Made by a program: the position numbers and the translations under genes
The notes under the pieces: generated by a model
What the model was told of the DNA's origin: nothing
The model's input: only the letters and a program-made list of their open reading frames with translations
The model's database searches: none
Shown here: positions 1-10,150 of the stretch, in pieces
How the letters are laid out: the number at the start of each line of letters is the position of its first letter
Numbering within the stretch: the first letter of the stretch is position 1
Source of the DNA: Bacteroidales bacterium
GTDB lineage: Bacteria > Bacteroidota > Bacteroidia > Bacteroidales > UBA7960
Reading direction: 5' to 3'
NCBI GenBank assembly: GCA_003560165.1
Contig: PWJC01000139.1
Coordinates: 376-64,375 of the forward strand
DNA: 64,000 bases

Positions 1-2018
1 AGGGGCATTACGCCTCGGTGATGACCTACGAAGGAGCCCAGTATTTTGACGACGGGATCCGCCACGACAGGGCCCCTTATTTTTCCAGTCCCCTGGTTAC
101 CTACCAGGAGGTCCCGACCGGGCATCCTGAAGATGGCGACAACGCCAGGACCATCAGGGAGACCAAACATGTGGTGGCCGGCTACCGCCACCTGGAAACC
201 CTTGCCGTGGAAGGTTTGGTGCTCGATGAAGCGGGAGAGCCCATGCATAATGCCCGGGTCAGTGTAGCAGGGCAGGGGGCCATGGTCTATACCTTCGAAG
301 ACGGGAGTTTCTCCTTTCCCTTCCTTCCCCCGGGCGAACATAGGGTTTCGGTGTCCAAACCGGGCTATTATACTATCGGGCGAAACATACTGATTGAAGA
401 AGGAGAGAGCCTGCAATTGCTGTTCGAAATGCTGGAAGTGGTGGATTCCGCCGTCAGCGGATTTGTCGCTTCGGCCAATGAGCCGACCATAGGCCTGGAC
501 GGTGCCATACTGCGCTTTTCGCGGGCCGGTGAGGTGTATGCGACACCGACTGTGGACGGCTTTTTTGTTTTGGAAGACATCCCGGGAGGGTTCAGCTACC
601 GGTTGATGGTCAGCCATCCGGGATACCGCATTCATTTCGACGAAATACCTTTGGGTACCGAGCCCATGGTCATTGAAAACATTTACCTTGAAAGGGCGTT
701 TCTGGCCGTGGAGGAGATACGGGCCGAAGAAACGGACGATCACATCGACATTGAGTGGGACACCCCATCCTTTATCGGGGAGTTCCGTCACGACGGGGGG
801 AACGATACCGGAGGACTTGGTTTCAGTACGGGGGAGAACAGCTTACTCGGAGGGGCCTACCGCCGCAATGCCTGGATCAGGCGGGTTACCTGGCTTCCGA
901 GTTCCTCGAGCGTAGAAAGGGCCAACCTGCGCATACTGGCGCTGAACGCCGATGGGGCGCCCGACCGCCACAGTATTCTGTACCAGGCACTGGACATAGA
1001 CAGCAGACCCGGCCAATGGAATGAATACGCACTCAGCGAAACCCTCCATGCACCCTATGGTTTCTTTATCGGTGTGGGCGGCAGCGGAGCTTTTTTCCTT
1101 CGTACCGACGAATACAAATTCAGCCCCGGCACCAACTTCCGCACATCGGATATCGGGCGGTTCGACCTGATCGATATGGCCGAGGGCGATTTTCAGCGAA
1201 ACTACTTTATCAGGGCCCATGGGTATGATTTCGGTCCCTGGCTTACGCCGGGGCATACAGCCGGGAAACATGCGTTGGTATACAATGAGGCCGTTCCCGA
1301 AGAATGCCCGCTGCAGCCCCTCACCGCGTTGGGAGGCCCCCTTGCCGGAGATTTGCTGGACGAGCCGGTGGCTTACCACATCTACCTCGACGATTTCGAT
1401 AATCCCTGGGCGGAGAACGTTACCCAAACGGAATTTCGCTTCAGCGGGTTGCCCCACGACCGCTATTATGCCGGCGTTCAGGCCGTTTATCCCGCCGGAC
1501 TGTCCGAGATCACCACCAAAAGGATCTTTTCGGGTCCTCCCTTCTATATCCTGACCCTGGGTGTCCACCCCGCCGAAACCGGGGTTGCCGGTACCGAAGG
1601 AAGGTATGAACCCGGGAAGGCCGCCAGGCTGAATGCCATTCCCATGGCGGGCTATATGTTTTCGCACTGGGAGGATGAACAAGGAAGGGAGGTGTCGGCC
1701 GACCCGCAGGCAGCCTATGTGATGCCTGAACGGGATGTGCAACTCACCGCGGTGTTCCGGCAGGATCCGGAGGGAAAGGTCGAACTGAAGGTCTTCCCCA
1801 ATCCCGCCAGCGACCGCCTTACCATTGTGGCCGACAAGAACATCGACGAAATCAGGTTGTACAACCTCTGGGGACAACTGCTCTATTATGTGGATGACTA
1901 CAACGAGAGCTTTCACCAGATCAGGGTATCGGGCTATACCGAAGGCCTTTACATACTGAGGGTACGTACTTCCGATGGCTGGATCAATGAGAGGGTGCAT
2001 CTCATCGGCCTCCGCTGA
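1..2018 (+). CDS. Secreted T9SS cargo protein, 5'-partial (beta-sandwich/CarboxypepD_reg-like repeats plus C-terminal T9SS sorting domain)
   Basis: The frame of the 18..2018 ORF stays open to the window edge. The first residues (MMTYEG..) lack a signal peptide, so the true start is probably upstream. The C-terminal ~80 aa (KVFPNPASDRLTI...GLYILRVRTSDG) looks like a type-A Por/T9SS sorting domain. Upstream segments resemble carboxypeptidase-regulatory-like folds (VLDEAGEPMHNARVSV..). Confidence 0.8.
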   Translation, partial: GHYASVMTYEGAQYFDDGIRHDRAPYFSSPLVTYQEVPTGHPEDGDNARTIRETKHVVAGYRHLETLAVEGLVLDEAGEPMHNARVSVAGQGAMVYTFEDGSFSFPFLPPGEHRVSVSKPGYYTIGRNILIEEGESLQLLFEMLEVVDSAVSGFVASANEPTIGLDGAILRFSRAGEVYATPTVDGFFVLEDIPGGFSYRLMVSHPGYRIHFDEIPLGTEPMVIENIYLERAFLAVEEIRAEETDDHIDIEWDTPSFIGEFRHDGGNDTGGLGFSTGENSLLGGAYRRNAWIRRVTWLPSSSSVERANLRILALNADGAPDRHSILYQALDIDSRPGQWNEYALSETLHAPYGFFIGVGGSGAFFLRTDEYKFSPGTNFRTSDIGRFDLIDMAEGDFQRNYFIRAHGYDFGPWLTPGHTAGKHALVYNEAVPEECPLQPLTALGGPLAGDLLDEPVAYHIYLDDFDNPWAENVTQTEFRFSGLPHDRYYAGVQAVYPAGLSEITTKRIFSGPPFYILTLGVHPAETGVAGTEGRYEPGKAARLNAIPMAGYMFSHWEDEQGREVSADPQAAYVMPERDVQLTAVFRQDPEGKVELKVFPNPASDRLTIVADKNIDEIRLYNLWGQLLYYVDDYNESFHQIRVSGYTEGLYILRVRTSDGWINERVHLIGLR

Positions 2019-2075
2019 CCCCTGCCAGGCCCGGTTTTGGCAGATACAAACGAAACCTTCATGAATCTGTGATCT

Positions 2076-3242
2076 ATGCAAGAGAAGCAACAACCGGGGG
2101 ACTCCGGGACCCAACGGCCTTGCACATCCGAACAATCGGAGTTTCTGGCCAATATGAGCCATGAGATCCTCAATCCGCTGGGGGCCGTGATCGGCATGGC
2201 CCAGACCCTTGAAAAACCCCGCCTCGACAAAGAGCAGCGGCAATACCTGAGGTCTATTCGGATCGCCTCAAACAATTTGCTTTCCATCCTGACCGACGTA
2301 TTGGATTTTTTGCGGCTTGAGACCGGACAGGCCGAAGTGGTCTACCATAATTTTGATATCAGGGAGGCCGTAGCGGAAGTTGCAGAGCTGTTCGGGCCGC
2401 AGGCCATGGAGAGAAACATACTGTTTCAGACTCATTACGATGGGGATTTGCCAAATACCGTATATTCCGACAAGCAAAAGATCCAACAGGCCTTGAATAA
2501 CCTGGTCAGCAACGCGGTGAAATTCACCGCCAACGGCAAGGTAGACATTGTTGTCACTACTGAAATGGATGCGTCAGGCGAGTCCTTCCTGAGCCTGAAG
2601 GTGGAGGATACCGGGAAGGGGGTCCCCACCGAAGACATCCCCAAAATGTTCGAATCTTTCCGGCAGCTGGACGCCTCCACCAAAAAGGAATCCCGGGGCA
2701 CCGGCCTTGGGTTGAGCATTGTCAGGGGGCTGGTTGCCCTGTTGGGGGGCGGGGTGGATTTTTTGAGCGAACCCGGAAAGGGCAGCCAGGCAGTTTTTAC
2801 AGTCCCTTTGCCCCGCGGGGAAGTGATCATGGCCGTGGATCGGCGGCAGGGAGGATGCAACGACCGGATGAAGCTGCTCAGGGTGTTGGTGGTTGAAGAC
2901 GATGCCATCAACCAGATGTACCTGACCAATTTCCTGCGCCGGCAGGGATGGGATGTGGATTCCGCCTACAACGGGCTGGCCGCACTCGAGCTTTTTCGAG
3001 GCAACAGCTACGATCTCATATTGATGGACGGGCAGATGCCCCGCATGGATGGATTTGAAACGGCCCGGAAAATCAGGGAAATCGAAACTCATCGGAAACG
3101 CACCCCCATGGTGGCCATTTCAGGATATGCCATCCCTGGCGACAGGGAGCGTTTTATTGAGGCCGGCATGGACGACTACCTGGCAAAGCCCATTGAAGAA
3201 CGCCGGCTGATGGAAGTGATCAGGCGGCTGATCCTTTCCTGA
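2076..3242 (+). CDS. Hybrid sensor histidine kinase/response regulator (HisKA-HATPase_c-REC) without a recognizable input domain
   Basis: H-box SEFLANMSHEILNPL lies ~25 aa from the N-terminus. ATPase boxes are present (NLVSNAVKFT, EDTGKGV, GTGLGLSIV). A receiver domain follows (RVLVVEDD..DLILMDGQMPRMDG..AKP). No TM segments are seen. Confidence 0.9.
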   Translation: MQEKQQPGDSGTQRPCTSEQSEFLANMSHEILNPLGAVIGMAQTLEKPRLDKEQRQYLRSIRIASNNLLSILTDVLDFLRLETGQAEVVYHNFDIREAVAEVAELFGPQAMERNILFQTHYDGDLPNTVYSDKQKIQQALNNLVSNAVKFTANGKVDIVVTTEMDASGESFLSLKVEDTGKGVPTEDIPKMFESFRQLDASTKKESRGTGLGLSIVRGLVALLGGGVDFLSEPGKGSQAVFTVPLPRGEVIMAVDRRQGGCNDRMKLLRVLVVEDDAINQMYLTNFLRRQGWDVDSAYNGLAALELFRGNSYDLILMDGQMPRMDGFETARKIREIETHRKRTPMVAISGYAIPGDRERFIEAGMDDYLAKPIEERRLMEVIRRLILS

Positions 3243-3251
3243 CCCCAGGTT

Positions 3252-4442
3252 TTACTCCCTGATTGCCCTGATTCCGGGAAGCTCTTTCCCCTCCATGTAT
3301 TCGAGCAGGGCTCCTCCGCCGGTACTGACGTGGCTTACCTGGTCTTCGAGGCCCATTTGGGCAAGGGCAGCTACCGAATCGCCTCCGCCCACCAACGAAA
3401 AGGCTCCCTCACCGGTGGCTTTTGCAATGGCTTCGGCAATAATCCGGGTACCCCGGGCAAAGTTCTCCATCTCGAACACCCCCATGGGGCCATTCCACAA
3501 GATGGTTTTTGCCCCTTCGATGATGCCGGCAAAGGTTTTCGCACTTTCACTCCCGATATCCAGCCCAAGCCACTCCTGGGGGATGTTGGCTGCATCTGTT
3601 TCCCGGGTATGGGCATCGTTCGAGAACTGGTCGGCAATGACGGCCTCGGCGGGAATATGCAGTTTTATGCCCTTGTTTTTTGCCCTGGAAATGATTTGCC
3701 TTGCCGTATCCAGGTAATCGTCTTCGCACATGCTGTTGCCGATCTTGCCGCCCCTGGCCTTGATGAAGGTAAACATCATCCCTCCGCCGATGATCAGTTC
3801 GTCTGCCTTATCGAGGAGGTTTTCGATGACCTCTATTTTGGTGCTCACCTTGGCGCCCCCGATGACGGCCACATAAGGATGCCTGATGTCGTCGAGTACC
3901 TTGTCGATGCTTTCCAGTTCGCTTGCCATAATGTAACCGAACATTTTGGCTTCGGGGAAAAATTTAGCTACGATGGTAGTGGAGGCATGGGCGCGGTGAG
4001 CCGTTCCAAAGGCGTCGTTCACATACACATCGGCCAGTTCGGAAAGCTTTTTCGCAAATTCTTCATCCCCTTTGGTCTCTTCCTTATGAAAGCGGAGGTT
4101 TTCCAGCAACAATACCTCCCCCTGCTTCAGTTCACCGGCCAGCTTGCGGGCCGAATCGCCCACGCAATCGTCGGCAAATTGGACCTCCCTGTTCAACAGT
4201 TTTCCCAAATGTTCTTTGAGGTGGGTGAGGGAGAATTTGTCTTCAGGGCCTTCCTTGGGCCTGCCCAGATGCGACATCAAAATGGCAGCACCCCCGTCAT
4301 TTAAAATTTTTTCGATGGTCGGCACGGCGGCGCGCATACGCGAATCATCGGTGATCTGTTGGTTCGAGTTCAGGGGCACATTGAAATCAACGCGTATCAA
4401 TGCCCGTTTGCCGGAAAAATCAAAGTCTTTGATCGTCTTCAT
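3252..4442 (-). CDS. pgk: Phosphoglycerate kinase
   Basis: 396-aa ORF with family motifs throughout ([17 protein letters not shown]-like, [18 protein letters not shown]). Confidence 0.97.
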   Translation of the reverse strand: MKTIKDFDFSGKRALIRVDFNVPLNSNQQITDDSRMRAAVPTIEKILNDGGAAILMSHLGRPKEGPEDKFSLTHLKEHLGKLLNREVQFADDCVGDSARKLAGELKQGEVLLLENLRFHKEETKGDEEFAKKLSELADVYVNDAFGTAHRAHASTTIVAKFFPEAKMFGYIMASELESIDKVLDDIRHPYVAVIGGAKVSTKIEVIENLLDKADELIIGGGMMFTFIKARGGKIGNSMCEDDYLDTARQIISRAKNKGIKLHIPAEAVIADQFSNDAHTRETDAANIPQEWLGLDIGSESAKTFAGIIEGAKTILWNGPMGVFEMENFARGTRIIAEAIAKATGEGAFSLVGGGDSVAALAQMGLEDQVSHVSTGGGALLEYMEGKELPGIRAIRE

Positions 4443-4533
4443 AATACAAAGGTTTTATTGGCCGATGTGTCGATAAAACAGACTCATTCGTTAATAATTT
4501 TCAGCGACCGCCGATCCGCTTTAAAAAAAACAG

Positions 4534-4541
4534 TATTTTTG
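4534..4541 (+). promoter_or_regulatory. Candidate Bacteroidetes -7 promoter box TATTTTTG upstream of the aminotransferase gene
   Basis: Exact match to TAnnTTTG. It would give a ~130-nt leader before the ATG at 4676. Confidence 0.3.
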
Positions 4542-4675
4542 GACGGCGTGGCTGCCGCCAGGCGGTAGCTGTAAAGTTACGCAAAATCCGGCACATTCGT
4601 AAATGCGGTCTCGCTCCCGTGGTATGCAACGAATGGTTAATCAGCCGAAGCTCTCAAACAAACCTATAAGCCAGA

Positions 4676-5833
4676 ATGGAATCTTTTTCTGATGTGTTAT
4701 CCACTAAACTGCCCAATACCCCCACCTCGGTCTTTGCAGTTATGACTCAGCTGTCTCATCAGCATGATGCCATCAATATGTCGCAGGGATTTCCCGATTT
4801 TGACGTATCTCCCGTTTTGATCGACCTGGTGAGCAAATCAATGAAGGCCGGCAACAATCAATATGCCCCCATGGCCGGGGTGATGGAGCTCAGGGAGGTC
4901 ATTGCCGCCAAAACCCGGCGTTTGTATGAGGCCAGCTATGATCCGGATACCGAGATCACGGTCACCCCGGGAGCTACCCAGGCCCTGTTTGCCGCCATAA
5001 CGGCCCTGGTGAGAGACGAAGACGAGGTCATTGTTTTTGAACCCGCTTACGACAGCTACATCCCTGCCATCAGGCTGAATGGCGGAACACCCATGGTTTG
5101 CCGGCTGAAAGGCGAGGGGTTTTCCATCGACTGGGAAGAGGTGAGGCATTTGGTGTCGAGCCGCACCAAAATGATCATCATCAATACCCCGCACAATCCC
5201 ACCGGAACCATCCTTGGGCGCCATGATATGGAGCAGCTGCGAAAGATCACCCGCAATACGGGCATTGTGATCCTGAGCGATGAGGTGTATGAGCACATTG
5301 TTTTTGACCGGCAGGCTCATGAAAGCGTGTGCCGGTATCCCGACCTGGCCATGCGCAGCCTGGTCACCTGCTCTTTCGGGAAAACCTTTCATGCTACCGG
5401 CTGGAAAACAGGATACTGCCTGGCTCCTGCCAATCTGATGAAGGAGTTCAGAAAAACCCACCAGTTTATGGTGTTTTGTTCCAACACTCCGGTGCAGTAT
5501 GCATTGGCCGAATACTTAAAAACCCCGGATCATTATTTGGGCCTGGGCGAATTTTACCAGCAAAAAAGGGATTATTTCCTGGAGGCCGTTTCCGGATCAA
5601 AGCTGAAAGCCGTCCCGGCGGCCGGCACCTATTTCCAGTTGCTCGATTACAGTGCCGTCAGCGATTCGGAGGAAATGGCCTTTGCCGAATACCTGGTCAG
5701 GGAGCACAAACTGGCGGCGGTTCCCGTATCCTCCTTTTACAACAGGGCTTTCAACAACCACTTATTGAGGTTTTGTTTTGCCAAATCGGAAAAAACCCTC
5801 AGCATGGCAGCGGAAATACTATGCAGAATATAA
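4676..5833 (+). CDS. PLP-dependent class I aminotransferase (YbdL / glutamine transaminase K-like methionine aminotransferase)
   Basis: 385 aa. Contains the PLP-lysine motif SFGKTFHATGWKTGY and family-I motifs (NQYAPMAG, TPGATQAL, NTPHNPTG). Confidence 0.9.
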   Translation: MESFSDVLSTKLPNTPTSVFAVMTQLSHQHDAINMSQGFPDFDVSPVLIDLVSKSMKAGNNQYAPMAGVMELREVIAAKTRRLYEASYDPDTEITVTPGATQALFAAITALVRDEDEVIVFEPAYDSYIPAIRLNGGTPMVCRLKGEGFSIDWEEVRHLVSSRTKMIIINTPHNPTGTILGRHDMEQLRKITRNTGIVILSDEVYEHIVFDRQAHESVCRYPDLAMRSLVTCSFGKTFHATGWKTGYCLAPANLMKEFRKTHQFMVFCSNTPVQYALAEYLKTPDHYLGLGEFYQQKRDYFLEAVSGSKLKAVPAAGTYFQLLDYSAVSDSEEMAFAEYLVREHKLAAVPVSSFYNRAFNNHLLRFCFAKSEKTLSMAAEILCRI

Positions 5834-6618
5834 GCGTCAGCCTGATACAGTCGCCCCTGGCATGGGAGGACCCCCGGAAGAACCTGGAATTGTTTTCCCG
5901 GAAAATACGGGCTATTGACCAGCCCACCGATCTGATCGTATTGCCCGAGATGTTTACCACAGGCTTCAGCATGGAGGCCCGGAAACTGGCCGAACCCATG
6001 GGCGGAGCTTCCATGGAGTGGATGAAGGACATGGCCGGGGAGAAAAACAGCGTCGTATGCGGAAGCCTCATCGTAGAAGAAGGAGGAAAATTTTACAACC
6101 GCATGATCTGGATGCCCCCCAACGGACAATTCTCTGCTTACGATAAATACCATTTGTTCAGCCACGCCGGCGAAAATTTGCATTACCAGACAGGTACAAA
6201 GAAGCAGGTGGTCCGGCTCAGGGGATGGAAGATCCTGTTACTTATCTGTTACGACCTGCGTTTCCCGGTCTTTATTAAAAACAAGGTGGACAAAGACGGC
6301 AACTTTGATTACGATTGCATTCTGAACGTGGCCAACTGGCCCGCAAGCCGGAGTCATGCCTGGAGAATATTGTTGATGGCCAGGGCGATTGAAAATCAGG
6401 CGTACGTGATCGGGCTGAACCGGGTGGGCAGCGACGGCAGGGGCATCAGTTACTGCGGTGACTCTGCCGTGATCAGCCCCAGGGGAGAGAACCTTTCCAA
6501 CATCATGCCTGGTGCCGGGCAAACCGAAACCCTGGTGATGCCGCGTTGCCAGCTGGAGAGTTTTCGCAGCGAATTCAGGCCTTGGGCAGACTGGGATGCC
6601 TTCAGCATGAACCCATAG
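5821..6618 (+). CDS. Carbon-nitrogen hydrolase family amidohydrolase (omega-amidase / YafV-like)
   Basis: The homologous part of ORF 5329..6618 begins at ATG 5821 (MQNISVSLIQ..). Catalytic-triad context is present: LPEMFTTGF (Glu), a Lys region, and LICYDLRFP (Cys). The start overlaps the aminotransferase stop by 13 nt. Confidence 0.88.
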   Translation: MQNISVSLIQSPLAWEDPRKNLELFSRKIRAIDQPTDLIVLPEMFTTGFSMEARKLAEPMGGASMEWMKDMAGEKNSVVCGSLIVEEGGKFYNRMIWMPPNGQFSAYDKYHLFSHAGENLHYQTGTKKQVVRLRGWKILLLICYDLRFPVFIKNKVDKDGNFDYDCILNVANWPASRSHAWRILLMARAIENQAYVIGLNRVGSDGRGISYCGDSAVISPRGENLSNIMPGAGQTETLVMPRCQLESFRSEFRPWADWDAFSMNP

Positions 6619-6636
6619 GGCCCGGAAACACTGGCC

Positions 6637-8472
6637 CTATACAGCATCCAGCTCCAACCTCAGGTTCCCGATGATGAAATGTTGCCTTTCGGGAGTGTTC
6701 TTCCCCATGTAAAACCGTAGTATTTCGTTGATACTAAGATCTTTTCTCAAGATAACCGGATCCAGCCTGATGCCCTTGCCGATAAAGCGGCTGAATTCGC
6801 CGGGAGAGATTTCACCCAGACCCTTGAAGCGTGTGATCTCCGGCTTGTTGCCCAGGCTTTTAACCGCTTTGACCTTTTCCTGTTCCGAATAGCAATACAT
6901 GGTTTCTTGCTTGTTGCGGACCCTGAAAAGGGGAGTCTGCAAAATATAAAGGTGGCCGTTGCGCACCAGCTCAGGGAAAAACTGAAGGAAAAACGTCAGC
7001 AGCAGCAGGCGGATGTGCATGCCGTCGACGTCGGCATCGGTAGCGATCACCACATTGTTGTACCGGAGGTTGTCGAGGTTGTCTTCGATATTGAGTGCAG
7101 CCTGAAGGAGGTTGAATTCCTCGTTTTCGTAAACGATTTTTTTTGAAAGGCCAAAGCTGTTCAATGGCTTGCCCTTGAGGCTGAAAACGGCCTGGGTGTT
7201 CACGTCTCTTGCCTTGGTGATGGATCCGCTGGCAGAGTCGCCCTCTGTGATAAAAAGGGTCGTTTCCAGTCGCTGAGGATGGTTGTCGTTGTAATGTGTC
7301 CGGCAGTCGCGCAATTTCTTGTTGTGGAGGCTTGCTTTTTTTACCCGTTCCCTGGCCAGTTTTTTAATGTTGGCCATGTCTTTGCGGTCTTTTTCCGACT
7401 GCATGATCTTTTTCAGCAGGGCATCGGCCACCTCCGGGTGGATATGCAGGTAATTGTCCAGCCGGCGTTTGAGGATGTCGCCGATGTAATTGCGGATGCT
7501 TACCCCGCCTGGCTCCATATGCTGAGACCCCAGCTTGGTCTTGGTCTGGGATTCGAACACCGGTTCCTGCACCTTGATGCTCATGGCCACCATCAGGGAG
7601 GTTTTGATGTCGTTGGCATCGAAGTCCTTCTTGTAAAATTCGCGAAGGGTCTTGTTGATGCTTTCCCTGAAAGCCGACTGATGCGTGCCTCCCTGGGTGG
7701 TGTGCTGGCCGTTCACAAAGGAGTAGTACTCTTCGCTATACTGGCTGTTGCTATGGGTAAAGGCAAACTCCAGCTCGTCTTCCTGTATGTGGACAATGGG
7801 ATAGCTGATGGGACCGTCTATTTTTCTCGACAGCAGATCGAGCAGCCCGTTTTGTGATTGCATCTTGCGGCCATTGAACACGATGGTGAGCCCCCGGTTC
7901 AAAAACACATAATTCCATAGCAGTTGTTCGATGTATTCTTCGATGAAACGGAATTCGCCAAAAATGCCCGGATCGGGCTCAAAAACCACCTCGGTACCCG
8001 GCCTGTTGGGGCTTTCCTTCAGCCCGTGTTCGTAAATGAGTTGTCCCGAACTGAACTCTGCGACTTTTGCCTTGCCCTCACGTACCGATTCAATGCGGAA
8101 GCTCTGCGACAGGGCGTTGACCGCCTTGGTACCTACGCCGTTGAGGCCGACGGTCTTTTTGAACACCTTGGAATCGTATTTTGCGCCGGTGTTGATGCGC
8201 GACACGCAGTCCACCACCTTGCCCAGGGGGATGCCCCTTCCGTAGTCCCTTACCCTGACCTTGCGCTCGTCAATGCTTACCTCAATGGTTTTTCCAAAGC
8301 CCATGACAAACTCATCGATGGCATTGTCGATCACCTCCTTGATCAATACATAGATGCCGTCGTCCTGCGACGCCCCGTCGCCGAGCTTCCCGATGTACAT
8401 CCCCGGGCGCAGGCGGATGTGCTCCTTCCAGTCGAGGGTGCGTATGGTGTCTTCAGAATATTTTTCGCTCAT
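6637..8472 (-). CDS. parE: DNA topoisomerase IV subunit B
   Basis: GHKL ATPase and TOPRIM motifs are present ([50 protein letters not shown]). It is shorter than the GyrB paralog at 40835..42802. I chose the start at ATG 8472 ([11 protein letters not shown]), which has a -7 box 22 nt upstream. The ORF-track start at 8574 adds a non-homologous extension. Confidence 0.9.
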   Translation of the reverse strand: MSEKYSEDTIRTLDWKEHIRLRPGMYIGKLGDGASQDDGIYVLIKEVIDNAIDEFVMGFGKTIEVSIDERKVRVRDYGRGIPLGKVVDCVSRINTGAKYDSKVFKKTVGLNGVGTKAVNALSQSFRIESVREGKAKVAEFSSGQLIYEHGLKESPNRPGTEVVFEPDPGIFGEFRFIEEYIEQLLWNYVFLNRGLTIVFNGRKMQSQNGLLDLLSRKIDGPISYPIVHIQEDELEFAFTHSNSQYSEEYYSFVNGQHTTQGGTHQSAFRESINKTLREFYKKDFDANDIKTSLMVAMSIKVQEPVFESQTKTKLGSQHMEPGGVSIRNYIGDILKRRLDNYLHIHPEVADALLKKIMQSEKDRKDMANIKKLARERVKKASLHNKKLRDCRTHYNDNHPQRLETTLFITEGDSASGSITKARDVNTQAVFSLKGKPLNSFGLSKKIVYENEEFNLLQAALNIEDNLDNLRYNNVVIATDADVDGMHIRLLLLTFFLQFFPELVRNGHLYILQTPLFRVRNKQETMYCYSEQEKVKAVKSLGNKPEITRFKGLGEISPGEFSRFIGKGIRLDPVILRKDLSINEILRFYMGKNTPERQHFIIGNLRLELDAV

Positions 8473-8493
8473 GATTGGGTGGATGGTTTGCTG

Positions 8494-8501
8494 CAAATTT
8501 A
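8494..8501 (-). promoter_or_regulatory. Candidate -7 promoter box TAAATTTG for parE
   Basis: The minus strand reads TAAATTTG, 22 nt upstream of the ATG at 8472. Confidence 0.4.
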
Positions 8502-8594
8502 CATCAATTTTTTGTTCGGCAGACCACGGCCTGCGAAACCGGCACAGTCGGTGCAATGCCGGCAAGGACGACATGGGTGGGAATTTTGACGAAT

Positions 8595-10010
8595 TTATGC
8601 AGGCCGGTACCCGAACAGTTTTTTGGTCTTGATAAAGGCCGAAACGTATTTAGGCACCATCTCCTCCCAGCCCGGGTCGTTGTTCTGTATTTTCTGTAAT
8701 ACAATGTGGGAGAAATAGGGCAATACCTGGGGGCGGTAGCCCGGGATGTCGAGGATGTGCCGGTTCTCTTTAAGGTGTTCGAACAGGTGGCGAATGTCTT
8801 CGTCTACTGGCATGTTGCGGGTCAGGATCACCTGTCCGTTCTTGTCCTTGCCCGGATATATGTATACCTTCAGGTTTTTCATGAAGAGTTTTCCCAGGGC
8901 CTCCATGATTCCCCCTGGCAGGTGTTTGTAGTAGTTTTTGTCAATGATGTTCTGAAAGGTGAGCGAGCCTATCACCATGCGGATACTCCCAATGTTAAAC
9001 CTGTCGAACCATTCGGCCAGTTTGTAAAATTCCCTGAAACCCGACACCATCACATTCTGCCCCATCCCGCAGAGAATGTCGACCCGGTCAAGAAAGTCCC
9101 TTTCGTCGAAATCGCCCGATGCAATGAGGTTGTTCAGGGTGATCTCGCACAGCACCTCGGTGTTTTGTTTGTGTTTATTGTAACCCACCTCGTCCTTGAA
9201 CAGGGCAAATCCTGTCTTCAGCATGTCAAAGCCCACATAGGTGATGGGCCTGAAACTCCCCCGGAGCACCATGATGTTTTTCTTGTAAAACATGGTGGCC
9301 GGTTGCCTGACGTTGCCGTGGCGGTTGAACATGGCTGCATTGGTCATGCCGTTTTTCACCAGCTGAACGGCCAGAAGGCGGTTGTCGACATAATCCAGTT
9401 GTGGGCCGCGCATATGGATCATGTCGATCTCTATGCGGTCGGGCGAAATATCGTCGAGCAATGATTTTAAAAAACTGTTGGGATACTGGTGGTTGTAATA
9501 GCAGGCATAGATCAGGTTCACGCCCAGGGCACCCAGGGTCTGTTGCTGGTGGAGTGGATCGTTCTCCAGCAGGCGTACATGGAGGATCACCTCGTTGGCT
9601 TCTTCGCCTGGCTGAAGCTGGAACCTGACCCCCATCCAGCCATGGGGTTCGTTGTCTTTTTTGTAATTGAGGGTGGCCACGGTATTGGCATAGGCAAAAA
9701 ACCTGGTGTTTTTGCCCTTTTCCTTTCGGAGGAGGCTGACCAGGCTGCTGTATTCCATGTCGAGCATCTGCAGCAGCCGTTCTTCGGAAACATAGCGCCG
9801 CGAGGGGCTTTTCCCGTATATGTGGTCGCTGAAGGCCATGTCGTAGGCCGAGATGGTACGGGCTACGGTTCCGGATGCCCCGCCTGACTTGAAAAAGTAA
9901 CGGGCCACCTCCTGCCCGCCGCCGATCTCGGCAAAGGTGCCGTAGATGCTGCTGTCGAGATTAATGAACAAGGCCTTGCGCCGGCTATCCCAGGTTTCTT
10001 TTTCGATCAT
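8595..10010 (-). CDS. Conserved hypothetical protein (471 aa, soluble, function unknown)
   Basis: Long ORF with coding-like composition and no TM segments or signal peptide. The N-terminal motif is [36 protein letters not shown] cannot assign a family with confidence. Confidence 0.8.
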   Translation of the reverse strand: MIEKETWDSRRKALFINLDSSIYGTFAEIGGGQEVARYFFKSGGASGTVARTISAYDMAFSDHIYGKSPSRRYVSEERLLQMLDMEYSSLVSLLRKEKGKNTRFFAYANTVATLNYKKDNEPHGWMGVRFQLQPGEEANEVILHVRLLENDPLHQQQTLGALGVNLIYACYYNHQYPNSFLKSLLDDISPDRIEIDMIHMRGPQLDYVDNRLLAVQLVKNGMTNAAMFNRHGNVRQPATMFYKKNIMVLRGSFRPITYVGFDMLKTGFALFKDEVGYNKHKQNTEVLCEITLNNLIASGDFDERDFLDRVDILCGMGQNVMVSGFREFYKLAEWFDRFNIGSIRMVIGSLTFQNIIDKNYYKHLPGGIMEALGKLFMKNLKVYIYPGKDKNGQVILTRNMPVDEDIRHLFEHLKENRHILDIPGYRPQVLPYFSHIVLQKIQNNDPGWEEMVPKYVSAFIKTKKLFGYRPA

Positions 10011-10032
10011 TGGGTTCGGGGTGGGTTCGGGG
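10011..10032. repeat. Perfect 11-nt tandem duplication TGGGTTCGGGG x2 abutting a start codon
   Basis: Read directly from the sequence. On the minus-strand mRNA it gives CCCCGAACCCA CCCCGAACCCA immediately before the ATG of the 8595..10010 gene. Confidence 0.9.
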
Positions 10033-10150
10033 ATACTGTCGTGTAATCCAAATTTAACAGAATAAACCCAATATCCATAAAAATGTTTTATTTTAGCCGG
10101 GTGGCGACCGGATCTGTGTGGCCGTACTCACCACATTCAAAACCACTTAC

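Noticed and set aside
843-2243. 466-aa ORF on the minus strand
   Set aside because: It is entirely antisense to the well-supported T9SS cargo gene. It has Arg/Gly/Pro-rich low-complexity composition typical of shadow ORFs in GC-rich coding DNA, and no motifs.
4542-4675. Possible SAM or other riboswitch in the leader of the aminotransferase/amidase pair
   Set aside because: I could not find the conserved cores of the SAM-I, SAM-II or other classes I know. Only weak local hairpins are present. It is left as a point to check with Rfam, not a call.
5329-5820. N-terminal 164-aa extension of the omega-amidase ORF in the ORF track
   Set aside because: The extension lies in an alternative frame of the aminotransferase gene and is Gly/Arg/Pro-rich. 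Nitrilase-family homology begins only at the ATG at 5821.
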